IMG/VR virus record: IMGVR_UViG_3300023110_000023
Span: 14,302-78,301 of that record
Origin: a virus
Direction: 5' to 3' (one strand)
Length of the DNA: 64,000 nt
Under the pieces are notes generated by a model, which did not search any database, was not told the origin of the DNA, and was given only the letters and a program-made list of their open reading frames with translations. Of the stretch, positions 9,501-19,674 are shown one piece after another. Each line of letters starts with the position of its first letter. Position 1 is the stretch's first letter. A program made the position numbers and the translations under genes.

Positions 9501-11303
9501 CCGCGTACGATAATTTGGTTCGGGGATGCTACATTCCTCAAGGATTCGGCTTGGTTGGGTGAGAAGGAATATCCGCTGGAGAACGCTGGTGGGAACTGTG
9601 GTTGGGGGTCAATGAACAACGGCTACGGCACAGGCACATCGTTCACCTATGCGGAAGGCTATCACACAGTCCGAGCAGTCTTCAACCAAGCAGGGATGAA
9701 CTTGCTCTTTGATGGTGTCAGTCAAGGCATTGACACCGAATCGGCCAAGACGGTGTATGGGCTGACGATTGAAAACTGCAAAATGGGCTTGTCCGTTTGG
9801 AATCAAAGCATCGGTGTTGATGAAAGCAGATTCCCCAAAGACGATGACGGCAACAGACTCGTTGCTGACAATCAAGCGTTGAGCAAGAATCAGTCCGATT
9901 TGCAGATTGACGAGATGGTATTGAGGTCAATACCGACTTCTGCGATGTTGCCGTTCAAGGTTCACACGATGAAACAGGACTTCTCCAATGTGGCTCGCTA
10001 TACCTCATTGACGGTTGAGGCTGACAACATTGACACCAAGAAGGGAATGAATGTCAAGGCGACCTTGATGACTCCATCCACCACGACCGTTGAGAACGAG
10101 GGGCAAGCCGTCATCAGCGGGTTTGAGAATGTGGATTTGGCGTTCAGCGGTGGCGTTGGTTCAATGGACTTGACCGACCTTCCAGCGTCAGCAATCGCAG
10201 ATGGGTTTGTGATTCGGTTTGACTTCTTCATCCCTAACAACACACAGACCGAATATCACCCGATTGATTGGTCAAAATTGCCCATCATTCGCTCTTGGAC
10301 TGTGGAATACGATGAGAAGCCAACGGCTTCGCTGGCGGTCATTGGGAACACATTCAACGGGGACATCACAGGAACAATCAACACCCGTGTTGGACACATC
10401 ATCTCGTTGCGTGGAACAGGCACGACAACCGATGTGGACAGAACCATCTCGGAGGTCAAGTTTGACTTCGGTGATGGGGCTTCAACGGGCTGGATAAAGT
10501 TCGCAGACCAAACGACTCAAAGCACGACATACGACATCGCTCACTCGTATTTGGCGAGTGGAACATACACCGTCAAGTGCTATTCTCGCGATGACTCCAA
10601 CAACGAATCGCTGGAATCAAACAACATCACCATCGTGGTCGCTAACGCGCCCCCTGTCGCCATCCTTCGTGCTGTGCCTTCAATGGTTCGTGCTGGGCAA
10701 GCAATCACCTTTGACGGCTCGGCATCGTATGACATCAACGCTGGTGGAACGCTGACGACATACACCTTCACCTTCGGAGATGGGTCGTCATCTGTGTCGG
10801 GTGCTTCGTCTTCGGTCAGCCACACATACGCCAACGGTGGTGAATATCAAGCCACGCTGGTCGTGGTTGATTCCGATGGGGCGACATCGCAGACTGCGAG
10901 CGTTGTTGTCAAGGTGCTTCCAGCGACCCTCGTTGTTCCGCTGGTTTTGAACACCAAGCCGAGAGCGTTCAGCCGAACTCGGTCAGCGAATCTCACTCAA
11001 ACGCCCGTATTGGACTCAATATACCCCGAACTCACAGACATGGGACAGCGAACTGACGAGTTCAAATTGGAAGGTTCGTTCCTCAAGCACACGGCCAATG
11101 CCGACATTGAGTTCATGGAAGAACTTCACCTGTCGGGCGCGCTGGTTGAAATCGTGTGGGAAGAGGTGAACTTCACAGGAACGCCAACGGGCAAGACATT
11201 CGTTGGTCGCATGACTTCGTTTGACTATCAGCGCGAGGGCGGTCGTCATGGCGAAACGCCATACACAGCGGTGTTCGTGAGGGAGGCTGGGCTCGGTGCT
11301 TGA
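6567..11303 (+). CDS. large virion/tail protein with two C-terminal PKD domains
   Basis: About 1578 aa; FDFGDG...HSYLASGTYTV and FTFGDG...HTYANGGEYQATL PKD signatures; follows tape measure; C-terminus resembles distal-tail domain. Confidence 0.8.
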   Translation: MASTKQSITQTFSRMKNGLAELQRWFPAFIKNDGVGGLSIDPVLYRTNFSAKTPAQTGGYDDEASQAGIRVEAINDDGTDVSNNPTIVISGSGTLNAKCTINHDDGSGSTVIRLIAPSGDLTGSGTKTRSHEGIGDATSDTTTTAPFPVFMTIQELTEMLDTYRHIGDGDENKKAWLPHGLEGGGQHGHSSASALPSLAGGDPREPTSVAFPTASPYRATVFMPMMLDNNQFDKRITGASNEVADYTYLLANFGGGYDVLDIDRYDPDPEGEDSATIRYKTVGYSGDHLLGKNTAQQAYKTAPSGTAHNTMTHNNPDLSFDGSASHFPKYRTRCALAMFLKDGTYTLKGGTLIPYIYDTNREIGGNQTSTVHAIWDGLDGEGDFDMTASGIEKQCSAQITPMFDFLQPPITTSAQGGNFDYEVVNGSAKFNWANYITDVQSIQASDSNLFTDGDGTDLDHITTARPFLVRNNPASVPVRYIRRNNLILSIWLDYTNVSGISGSTIPQFTVGSPIELWGLTGALGRDTSQGRNIGHKFGLYEFAPRSEETNPDTYSLGGLNHNGWWIINAYDDDGGGLDGEFVVDDILGNGDSTEFYGARIDIQIYSNEALPSQGNVSAYAPTSGYVCQGLIGGAESTSSHYGTVAWATSQSNSHPQLRLFGSASEKLYGTGVGYMGGANTPANNLQSHVGHRYFYPSRMVDSYVDEGEWGATGNTGNLKFFFADDATAFRSIELQKATDLLYSNGVPVVQRGDGLLRLPAPQGKDIGARRLYSLTQTHITGTFVSEETDFRGLGSDLVESLPATWLSRGLHIPLWSYIDTANGRHAWDYIKPIGASGTWLYGRNRPFPAHERTGTRLGYNGGVALDTTKYGLSEMGCSQMWLDWEMKAKIPFRTNQMVRITFDTNEEHYVFGRHALMFDDFQGTMRGGAGFLPLYDGKTSASPLTLSASSSPEIYIRAGEGYSNGFITHPYVNGAFTAPRTIIWFGDATFLKDSAWLGEKEYPLENAGGNCGWGSMNNGYGTGTSFTYAEGYHTVRAVFNQAGMNLLFDGVSQGIDTESAKTVYGLTIENCKMGLSVWNQSIGVDESRFPKDDDGNRLVADNQALSKNQSDLQIDEMVLRSIPTSAMLPFKVHTMKQDFSNVARYTSLTVEADNIDTKKGMNVKATLMTPSTTTVENEGQAVISGFENVDLAFSGGVGSMDLTDLPASAIADGFVIRFDFFIPNNTQTEYHPIDWSKLPIIRSWTVEYDEKPTASLAVIGNTFNGDITGTINTRVGHIISLRGTGTTTDVDRTISEVKFDFGDGASTGWIKFADQTTQSTTYDIAHSYLASGTYTVKCYSRDDSNNESLESNNITIVVANAPPVAILRAVPSMVRAGQAITFDGSASYDINAGGTLTTYTFTFGDGSSSVSGASSSVSHTYANGGEYQATLVVVDSDGATSQTASVVVKVLPATLVVPLVLNTKPRAFSRTRSANLTQTPVLDSIYPELTDMGQRTDEFKLEGSFLKHTANADIEFMEELHLSGALVEIVWEEVNFTGTPTGKTFVGRMTSFDYQREGGRHGETPYTAVFVREAGLGA

Positions 11304-11473
11304 TTGGCTGACTTGGCTCATCCTCTTGGAACTGATTTGGTGGGCATTCATTGGATTCGTGGGGCGGGAACTGTTGTCCCTGTGGCGAATGATTCGTGAA
11401 ATCCCGATTGAATACAATTGATTCCAAAACGGGCTTCGGCTCATCGCGATTTGGCGATTTTAGGGGTGAAAAC

Positions 11474-11504
11474 CATTGATATTGTGAAAACATTGATATA
11501 CCCC
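11474..11504 (+). promoter_or_regulatory. class I double-box promoter
   Basis: CATTGATATTGTGAAAACATTGATATACCCC; ATG 11522 at +29. Confidence 0.75.
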
Positions 11505-11521
11505 ACCCCTAATGCCTAACC

Positions 11522-11899
11522 ATGAGCCCAACCATGAGCCCCCACGCACTCCAGCGCGTTGATGAGCGACTTGTCGGTGCAGAAGCCGAGAAGGTCGCCA
11601 ACGCTGTCAAGTCTGCCTGTGCAAAGCATGGAAGCCGAAGCATCGGAATCATCGCTCACCGATTGAACGGTCAGCGTGGTCAAGCATGGGGCGAGAAGTC
11701 CAATGGCGACTGCGTTGTTGTCATCGTGCGAAACAACCAAGTCAAGACCACATACCTCCGCCGAGCCACTCAAACCTTTGACCTCTCCGTGTCCCGCACC
11801 GATGTGCTGGTGGACATGACGGGAACTGTCCTCAAGTCCGTCATGACCAAGAACGGTGGCGGTCGTGGTGCTGACTTCAACCCATTCAACATGAACTGA
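11522..11899 (+). CDS. hypothetical protein (class I cassette)
   Basis: MSPHALQRVDERL...VVIVRNNQVKTT; weak resemblance to RelE-like/DUF4258 RNase folds. Confidence 0.7.
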   Translation: MSPTMSPHALQRVDERLVGAEAEKVANAVKSACAKHGSRSIGIIAHRLNGQRGQAWGEKSNGDCVVVIVRNNQVKTTYLRRATQTFDLSVSRTDVLVDMTGTVLKSVMTKNGGGRGADFNPFNMN

Positions 11900-11912
11900 A
11901 CAGGTGATACAG

Positions 11913-12035
11913 ATGAAAGCAGAAGGAAGACCCAACAAGCGACACAGCCGAGATAAGCGAGGCTTCACAGGAAAATACAACAAAGGCGGGAAGCGAATGT
12001 CGGGGGCTCGCCCTCTTCACCAATGCCGTCTGTGA
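11913..12035 (+). CDS. 40-aa basic microprotein (not in ORF track)
   Basis: SD AGGTGA; MKAEGRPNKRHSRDKRGFTGKYNKGGKRMSGARPLHQCRL; fills the gap between adjacent ORFs. Confidence 0.5.
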   Translation: MKAEGRPNKRHSRDKRGFTGKYNKGGKRMSGARPLHQCRL

Positions 12036-12050
12036 ATGGAGATGATGAAC

Positions 12051-12278
12051 ATGACGAATCTAAGCGAGATGGACATACCCGAAAACTACGAGTTTCGTGG
12101 CTACGAATACGACCTGTGGAAAGCATACACCGAAGAAGGCATGGCTCGCATTGAAGCCAGCGGTGTCCGTGATGGCTATGCCGAGCGAATGTATGGCGTG
12201 AACCGAGCCTGTGTCAAGCGATGGGTCATTGACGGGGTTGAGGTTTGGTGCGTGTATGCTCGCTATTCCTCATGGTGA
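12051..12278 (+). CDS. hypothetical protein
   Basis: SD GGAG 9 nt before ATG 12051 (track start 12036). Confidence 0.6.
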   Translation: MTNLSEMDIPENYEFRGYEYDLWKAYTEEGMARIEASGVRDGYAERMYGVNRACVKRWVIDGVEVWCVYARYSSW

Positions 12279-12310
12279 TGCTCTTAAACCAGCGTTGGAC
12301 TGCCTAAAGC

Positions 12311-15300
12311 ATGGTCGTCAGCACAGGGGGGCTTCCAGCCACCCATTCCGAACTGACCCAGCCTCTTGGGTCAAAAGGACTGCCCATGACGCTCGTTTTT
12401 GCTGACCACTACGATGACACCATCGGGAACACTCCTGTGGACAGGAAGGTGCTTTTTGACACCTCCCTGCACCAACCTCGCCCCACAGGGTCGGGGACTT
12501 CCATCGTTGCCCCAATCGCGCCCAGCGTGATTCTCACGAACATGAGTGGGACAACCCTCGCATACCCGACCAGCGATTCAACCAATCACACGATGAGCCC
12601 TCGCAACGCTGGACTGACCACGAACCTCTCCCCACCGTCTTTGAATCACGAATCGGGCGCGTTGGAGTTCGGTCAAATCGTTCACGATGTCAGTCGCTCG
12701 CACCACGATGCGACAGAATTGCGTTCAAGCGTTCCATTTGCTCGCCTTTCACTCTCGGAGGTGGGTCGGTTCACCGCGTACGAAAGAAGGCGATACGCAA
12801 GCGGAAGACCAGCAAATCACACATTCCAACAGACCAAGACGACCGATGACGATGTGGTGGGTTCAATTGACATGGGCTGGGGTGCTTATGCGGGAAGTGG
12901 GACATTCAATTGCGAAGTCCCAGCGTTCACACAGGGAGGGCGTGTGGAGGCAATCACACACTACGCTAAGGCAGACTTGCCCAGCAACGCTATGGGTGTG
13001 TCGTGGGGCGATGCTCACAACGCCACATTCCTCACCACGCTGGGTTCAGCACCCATCGCTCAAACGGGGGCTTCCAGCATGGGCATCGCAGTCCAAGACG
13101 ATGACAAACTCTTCTCATCCCATTGGAACTTGAATCTCGGAGTTCGCCAACCGATTCTCGCTTCGGGAACTTCAATCTCCAGCCCCGATGGTTCGCCCGT
13201 ATCGGTGTCAATATCCGAAGACGCAGATTCCGTGAATCTGCTGACATCTGTTGAAACGATTCAATCCATTTTGGTGGCCGACCGCTTCTCCGATGGAACT
13301 GCCTCGCCCAGCGATGAAGACAACATGACGCTGGGGCGCGTTGATTTGGGCAACCACACCGTTGCCGATTCGTGCGGTTTGATTGGCTACGAGGGCGTTA
13401 TCACGGCCACAGCCTTCTTCTCCATCTCCAAGAACTCCGACCCCTCACAGACGCAAGGGGCGGTCAGTTTCACCGATGACATGACCTATGCTGGACTGAA
13501 CATTCAAGTCCATTCGGGAACGACTGTGCGAAGGAATGGCGACCCAAACAAACAGGGCGGGTATGGACTGACTCCATTCGCCCCATACCGATACGGAAGC
13601 GATGGAACGAGCGTTGATGTCATGACCGATGCAATCACGACCTCCGCACACCGAACAGGAAGCGGGTCGTTCTCCACCAGCGATGCAAACCGCACCGTCT
13701 TCTCAACGAGGCGAGATACCCACTACAACACGGATGCAACGCAGGTGCTTCCGCTGGGTGCTGGCGAGAGTGAAATCAACGCTGGTTCGGGCGTGTTCCG
13801 ACAGCAACACCAAGCAACCGACCGACTGTTTGGCGACACAGCGAAGGCTGGCGATTCTTGGGCTGGGACACAGACCTTGAGTTCGGGCTGGCTATCGGAC
13901 TCAATACCGACCAAAGTGCAAATCATTCCACAGGTCATCGGCTACACCAATGTCCAAGTGTCAGTCGGGGAATTGAAAACAGCCACTCATCCATCGGCTC
14001 AACCCATCACATTCCGCAAGCCAATCGTGGACTATCATGTGCTGGTTTCAGTCGCAGACCGAAGTGAATTGGTCGTCAAATCCGACACCAGCGTGGGCAA
14101 CGATTCGGTTGGCGACCCAACCTCTCGGAACGACCCGAATCCAAACCGACTCCACGCCAACATGGACTTGAGCGACCTGCCTTGCACCATTTATCACGGA
14201 ATCGTGCGTATCAATCCCGATACGCTGGAACAGATTTACCTTGACCCAGCCGACCTTCCAGCAGGGTATGATGCGATTTCAGCAGACTGTCCATTTTCAG
14301 TCATGCCTCGCCACCGAAAAATGTCGGTGGATGGGAAGGTGTCAATGGGCTGGGGATTGCATCAAATCACTCCATTCCGACCTCTCGCATCACGCCAATG
14401 GGTGCGTGTTCCCAAACTGTGTTCAGCCATCCAATCGGGCGGATTTTATCAGCGAGGGGGCGTATCTCATCTGTGGGATGCTGATGTGTATGGTGGCGAA
14501 CTCTTCGTGGGTGCTGACATCATTGACGCAACCGACTTCGCTGTTGAAACGACCAAAGACGGCAAGCCGTATTTTGGGCTGTGGGGCAACGGCCAAATCG
14601 TTCCAAATGGAAGCCATGACCCAGCCATGCCTCAAGGCTGTGAACTGATGGTGTTCCGCTATTCTCCGAAGAAAGACCCGTATCACCCATCCACCAAAAA
14701 CACATCACCGAGCGACAATCCGATTCGGGATGCACTCGGAACGAATGCTTCTGCGGTGAGTGGAACGACCACTTATTCGGCTCAATATAAGACAGGGTTC
14801 ACCATCACCGATGAACGACTTCTCGCTGATTCGGCTTGGGAAGTTCACGATTGGGTGATTCCCCAATTGGAACTCATGCGGTATCTCGGCAAGGAAGAAA
14901 AGTCATCCATGCGACACCCGAAGCACTCGGAGAGCGATGGAACAGAAGTCATCCTTCACCCGACTGTGCATTGTTCCAGCCTTCGCATCATGGATGATGG
15001 AAGGATGCTGATGGCGATGGTTCATAGGGACTACATTGAAGATGTCAGCGAGTTCCCGTCTGCTGATATTGGCTATCCAGCGAACCCCGATTTGAGCATC
15101 GGTTCGTGTCCCGTTGGCTATGTTTATTCGGATGGTCAATGCGTTCCAATCACATCGCTGGGCGCGTCTGCCGATTCGGGTTTCCACATTGACCCAACCA
15201 GCGGAGATGAGATGGAGGGGAGTGGCGACCCACAGGCGTTGTCGGCTGGGACAGGAGTGCAACCATCGGGCGACAATTTCAGCCAATACCCAACATGGAA

Positions 15301-18300
15301 CAAACTCATCGCTGACACATCAGCAAGGTCGCTCATCCTCGCCTTCTCCGATGCACCAGCCAATGACAACGGACAGGTCGCTCGCGGTCGCGTGGGCTTC
15401 GCTCTCAAGTGGGAACTCGTTCCTGTGGGCGATGAATCCACGCAAGAACTCGCCATCCAAACATGGACACACGAAGATACATGGTGGAGTGGTGCAAGAA
15501 TCGCATATTGGTTTGATGAGTCGGGTCAGCGAGCCATCCCAATGACCTATGGCTCATACCCCGAATGTCGCATGAGTCATGCGAACTTGCCTCGCTCTTT
15601 GGCTTGGCTTGATTCCGACTTGAACATTCATCACGGCCTTCCATTCCGTCAGCCAGCAACCATGTCAGCACCACACCCATCCTTGCCCGATTTGATGGGC
15701 AGGTTGAGCCCTGTGGATGAGTGGTATCGCAACCGATACGACTTCCTCAAATATACCCGTTTCGTTCCTACTACGATTGGATTTGCTGACTTTGGTGCTG
15801 GGGCGAATCCATTCCAAGAACTTGGGTGGTCGGGTTGGTCGTTCCCAGCAGACCTGTATGACCCAATTTCATACGGTGATGGAACAGCGTTCTTCCGCGA
15901 TTCCACGACACCTCATGCTTGGAAGAACATGGGCGACAACCAAAACTACGATGCGACAGGTGGCGACTACAATCCGTATTCAGCGGTCGTGTATGACCTC
16001 ACAGGCATCACCCTTCCAGCCATCATCCTTTCTTGGACTGTGGGCGGGGTCAATGTGGCCGAGAATATCCCCGTTGTCGGCACTACGGTCGCAGACCTCG
16101 TTTCAACGGTCAAATCCCCACCAGCCCTGTATGACCCTTTGGTTGATGGAATGTATATCCCACATGGCGGTGCTTTGACATCATCGGGCGACCTCATGAT
16201 TCGCAAGTTTGAAGACACTCCATCGTTCCTTCCAGCACAGGTTTTCAACGAAGGAGTGCTTGAGTTCGGAGATTTGGTGATGGACACGGGTGAAACATTC
16301 TCACCGACAATCGCTTGGTCAAACGCTGGGCGAAGCACCATGCTGGGCTCGTTCTCATCGTGGTCGCATCACGGCTCGCTTCACTACGGCCTCTCGGCAA
16401 CCCATCACCCATATCGTGTGGACAGGGTGTTCAAGCAGGTTCACGCTGGACTTGGCTACGATGTTCCTCTCCACTTGCTGATTCCCCCCGAAGTCCATGT
16501 GCGAGCGAGAGCAGGGGGCAACGGGCAGATTGACTTGGAGATGGAAACGCCATTCCATCGCACCGATTATCAGCACTTGATTGGGGCTTCGTTGTTTGAA
16601 TCGGGCTTTGAACTCGGTGGTGCATCACCATCCGAAGCAAGTCAAAACCCGCTGGGTCAATGGTATCTCCGAACAAATCTGTGGGACTCACCGATGCACA
16701 CGACTTCTGCGAATGTCAGCGGAATCAGCCTGTTCAATCAGCGAATCAAGGGTGCAATCGTATCGGGCTCAATAGGGCTTGAAGCGTATTGGACAGACCA
16801 TCCGACCGACCACTTCCACGCTGGTGCGATGCCGATTCTTCCAAACAACGACTACGACCTCGCCATGATTGAAACAAATCGCTACGCGCCCGTCATGTTG
16901 GCGAGAGCATCCGAGATGCACGACCTTGATGTGCTGGCGACCAGCGAGCAATTGCTCTCCAGCGTTGATGTTCATGTCAGTCAAACAGCGAAGGCATATT
17001 GGGATTCGGGGGCAATCGTGTCGGCTCAAGGTGTCGGACAATACGACAACAATCCCGCTGGCGGTGGAACAAACGACCTCGCCATGACTGAAACTTGGCT
17101 TGGTGAGGTGAACGAGGCAAACGGTGGTGGACTCACGGGGTTCACGATGGCGAGGGGAAGCACTCCGTTTGGAATGGGCAAGGGTCAGCGAGTGATACGA
17201 ACACCCGAAGGCACACTCCACCATTTCATCATCAAGCGTTCCATTGTGAGTGGCTACGCCAACCAACCGACATGGGCTCACATGAAGAAGCCGTTGCACA
17301 GCGACCTGTTTTGGTCAAGGAGGGCTACGACAACAGCACCCGACACGCAGACGGGTGCTGGTGCTGACGAGTGCGGTGCGAAGTTCTCCAGCATCGCAAC
17401 CGTTTATGGTGGCGAAACCATACACCGAGTCTGCGGTGCATCGTTTTGTAGCGATTCCAAAGGCACGATTCACGCAGTTCTTGAATATCATCTCAACCCC
17501 GAAGACGAAGGCTCACATCGCGCCCATTCGCTCTATTATCACAAAGCAGACCGAGTGCAAATTGCTTCCAACCCCGAACCCGTGTATGATTGGGATTGGA
17601 CAGTTCACACGCCCGTTCTCATCAACAGTTCGGTTGATGCGTTCACCCCATCGGGAACGATATACGACTTCCGCCAGCCATCACTCGTCTGCGATTCCAA
17701 AGACCGATTGCACTTGACTGTGGCTCGCCCAACGGTTGAAACGCAAGTCAGCGGTTGGACATCTCCAGCAAGCACCAACCCCGTGAGCGTGTTTTACACG
17801 ATGAAGGAGGCTGACGAGGCATCATTCCCAACCCCATCATTTGAATCAACATACGGGGATTCCAACGACACGCTATGGTCATGTGTCAGCCGACCATCAA
17901 CGGACACCACAGACGATGAAATGAACAACCCAGCGAACTCAAATCACATCGTCAGCGTAGCATCCCATCCGAAAGTTTGCCTTCGTTCCGATGATGTTCC
18001 TGTCGTCTTTTTCTTGGGTTGGGCGGGGTCATCCATTCATAGCGGAACACGAAACAAGACTGCGGTGTACGCGAACATCGGTGAGGTTGGTGTTGGGGGG
18101 CGTATTCAGTTCAATACGGGCAAGTGCTGTCATGTTCTCGGACTTCCACCCAATTCCAAAAACACGATGGCGAGCAAAAACATCTCACACTACGATTCCA
18201 TCATTGACGAGAACGACCGAGCAATCACGGTCGGCATCAAAGACGACAGGGACAGCGTGAATGGTCAAACATGGGCAAGTCGCCACACGCTCATCAATAA

Positions 18301-19108
18301 GTTCAACACACGGATTCCATTTGCTGAACAATATACAGCGACCGATGGACTCGGAGATACGAGAACGCTGTTCAAAGCCCCTCAATACGATGGAACGACT
18401 GAACTGCGGTATGTGGACACCTATCTCCAAGAGCCCACGCTCACGACCAATGGGAAGGGTGAATATCACCTCGTCATGCGTTTCACCATGACGGGTCAAG
18501 ACGAAGGGCGCGTTGGTGCGACCTTCCGCGACCAAGACCTCGCGATTGAATCGGCTGTGCATCCTCTCCAATGGGCTGGAACTCCGCTGACGGGTTCGGG
18601 CAACACGCTTTACACAGGAGGCTACGCTTCGGTGTCGGGAAGCATGGATTGGACAGGGCGATACGGTGGAGGAAGGAATCCGATTTACACCAACAGCACC
18701 ACGAACACCCACACCCACTTGATGCACATTTGGTTTCCATCATACGAGTTTGATGACGATGTGAGTGCTGACGACCGTGTGATTCGCTCAATCAATCTCC
18801 GATGGCTGTCAGTCCCATCCTTGCGATACGATGCAACGCTGGGCTTCCAGCCCGTTGGTTCTGCCCAAACGATTGCTGGACAGGAAGACTTCCCTCACCT
18901 ATACCCTCAAATCCGCTATCAACGGTTTTGGGGCTACGATGCTTCGGAGATTGACTTGACATGGAAGACCAACGAGATGTCGTGGTATCGCACTCCGCAC
19001 TACGCTTCCTCGTTGTATCTGCCGAATCTCGGCGGGGCAGGTATGAGTCCAGCGGGTGATATTGGGACAGTCGGCATGGGCTTGCAGGGCTTCCCGAATG
19101 GTGAATAA
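12311..19108 (+). CDS. giant virion structural protein (tail tip/adhesin-like)
   Basis: 2265-aa Gly/Ser/Thr-rich beta protein; class III box CTCTTAAACC at 12281; C-terminal propeller-like repeats (PSLVCDSKDRLHL, PTLTTNGKGEYHL). Confidence 0.7.
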   Translation: MVVSTGGLPATHSELTQPLGSKGLPMTLVFADHYDDTIGNTPVDRKVLFDTSLHQPRPTGSGTSIVAPIAPSVILTNMSGTTLAYPTSDSTNHTMSPRNAGLTTNLSPPSLNHESGALEFGQIVHDVSRSHHDATELRSSVPFARLSLSEVGRFTAYERRRYASGRPANHTFQQTKTTDDDVVGSIDMGWGAYAGSGTFNCEVPAFTQGGRVEAITHYAKADLPSNAMGVSWGDAHNATFLTTLGSAPIAQTGASSMGIAVQDDDKLFSSHWNLNLGVRQPILASGTSISSPDGSPVSVSISEDADSVNLLTSVETIQSILVADRFSDGTASPSDEDNMTLGRVDLGNHTVADSCGLIGYEGVITATAFFSISKNSDPSQTQGAVSFTDDMTYAGLNIQVHSGTTVRRNGDPNKQGGYGLTPFAPYRYGSDGTSVDVMTDAITTSAHRTGSGSFSTSDANRTVFSTRRDTHYNTDATQVLPLGAGESEINAGSGVFRQQHQATDRLFGDTAKAGDSWAGTQTLSSGWLSDSIPTKVQIIPQVIGYTNVQVSVGELKTATHPSAQPITFRKPIVDYHVLVSVADRSELVVKSDTSVGNDSVGDPTSRNDPNPNRLHANMDLSDLPCTIYHGIVRINPDTLEQIYLDPADLPAGYDAISADCPFSVMPRHRKMSVDGKVSMGWGLHQITPFRPLASRQWVRVPKLCSAIQSGGFYQRGGVSHLWDADVYGGELFVGADIIDATDFAVETTKDGKPYFGLWGNGQIVPNGSHDPAMPQGCELMVFRYSPKKDPYHPSTKNTSPSDNPIRDALGTNASAVSGTTTYSAQYKTGFTITDERLLADSAWEVHDWVIPQLELMRYLGKEEKSSMRHPKHSESDGTEVILHPTVHCSSLRIMDDGRMLMAMVHRDYIEDVSEFPSADIGYPANPDLSIGSCPVGYVYSDGQCVPITSLGASADSGFHIDPTSGDEMEGSGDPQALSAGTGVQPSGDNFSQYPTWNKLIADTSARSLILAFSDAPANDNGQVARGRVGFALKWELVPVGDESTQELAIQTWTHEDTWWSGARIAYWFDESGQRAIPMTYGSYPECRMSHANLPRSLAWLDSDLNIHHGLPFRQPATMSAPHPSLPDLMGRLSPVDEWYRNRYDFLKYTRFVPTTIGFADFGAGANPFQELGWSGWSFPADLYDPISYGDGTAFFRDSTTPHAWKNMGDNQNYDATGGDYNPYSAVVYDLTGITLPAIILSWTVGGVNVAENIPVVGTTVADLVSTVKSPPALYDPLVDGMYIPHGGALTSSGDLMIRKFEDTPSFLPAQVFNEGVLEFGDLVMDTGETFSPTIAWSNAGRSTMLGSFSSWSHHGSLHYGLSATHHPYRVDRVFKQVHAGLGYDVPLHLLIPPEVHVRARAGGNGQIDLEMETPFHRTDYQHLIGASLFESGFELGGASPSEASQNPLGQWYLRTNLWDSPMHTTSANVSGISLFNQRIKGAIVSGSIGLEAYWTDHPTDHFHAGAMPILPNNDYDLAMIETNRYAPVMLARASEMHDLDVLATSEQLLSSVDVHVSQTAKAYWDSGAIVSAQGVGQYDNNPAGGGTNDLAMTETWLGEVNEANGGGLTGFTMARGSTPFGMGKGQRVIRTPEGTLHHFIIKRSIVSGYANQPTWAHMKKPLHSDLFWSRRATTTAPDTQTGAGADECGAKFSSIATVYGGETIHRVCGASFCSDSKGTIHAVLEYHLNPEDEGSHRAHSLYYHKADRVQIASNPEPVYDWDWTVHTPVLINSSVDAFTPSGTIYDFRQPSLVCDSKDRLHLTVARPTVETQVSGWTSPASTNPVSVFYTMKEADEASFPTPSFESTYGDSNDTLWSCVSRPSTDTTDDEMNNPANSNHIVSVASHPKVCLRSDDVPVVFFLGWAGSSIHSGTRNKTAVYANIGEVGVGGRIQFNTGKCCHVLGLPPNSKNTMASKNISHYDSIIDENDRAITVGIKDDRDSVNGQTWASRHTLINKFNTRIPFAEQYTATDGLGDTRTLFKAPQYDGTTELRYVDTYLQEPTLTTNGKGEYHLVMRFTMTGQDEGRVGATFRDQDLAIESAVHPLQWAGTPLTGSGNTLYTGGYASVSGSMDWTGRYGGGRNPIYTNSTTNTHTHLMHIWFPSYEFDDDVSADDRVIRSINLRWLSVPSLRYDATLGFQPVGSAQTIAGQEDFPHLYPQIRYQRFWGYDASEIDLTWKTNEMSWYRTPHYASSLYLPNLGGAGMSPAGDIGTVGMGLQGFPNGE

Positions 19109-19118
19109 TCACCAAAAC

Positions 19119-19150
19119 CATTGAGATTTAGCAAAGCATTGATATAGGGG
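19119..19150 (+). promoter_or_regulatory. class I double-box promoter
   Basis: CATTGAGATTTAGCAAAGCATTGATATAGGGG; ATG 19170 at +31. Confidence 0.75.
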
Positions 19151-19169
19151 ATGCCTTTCATCTCGTATC

Positions 19170-19670
19170 ATGCAATCCGCACAAACCCAAGCCCGACCCG
19201 TCAAGTTTGTCCACGATGACCACTTGAAGACCGAAGAAGACCTGCCTTACCTTGACGGCTCATGTGCCGTTGTGGTTCACCAGCGAAACGAGCCTTCGTT
19301 CTTCGTGAACGCTGGCGACAAAATTGACCTTGACAACGACTTCACCGAAGTCGGAACTTTCGCCATCGGCACATACGGAGAAGGCGATGCAATCTCCGCC
19401 ATGCCTGTGTTCAGCCATGTCTTCTTCCGCACCAACCACATTGAGTCCGATTGGACACAGGCTGACTCCATGAGCGACATCTCATGCGAAGGCCACACCG
19501 AAGTCTTCGTGCAGATGCTCAACGCTTCTTCCAACGCTCGCTCAACCTCCGTTGGCGATGTGTATGAAGTCGTGTGGACAGGCTACGAAGGCGAAACCGT
19601 CAGCGACTTTTACATCGTGGATGGCTGTGGCTGGAAAACCGTCAGCGGTGCTGGCGACCACATTTGGTGA
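19170..19670 (+). CDS. hypothetical protein (class I cassette)
   Basis: RSTSVGDV...FYIVDGCGWK resembles YodL-like small phage proteins. Confidence 0.7.
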   Translation: MQSAQTQARPVKFVHDDHLKTEEDLPYLDGSCAVVVHQRNEPSFFVNAGDKIDLDNDFTEVGTFAIGTYGEGDAISAMPVFSHVFFRTNHIESDWTQADSMSDISCEGHTEVFVQMLNASSNARSTSVGDVYEVVWTGYEGETVSDFYIVDGCGWKTVSGAGDHIW

Positions 19671-19674
19671 GTCC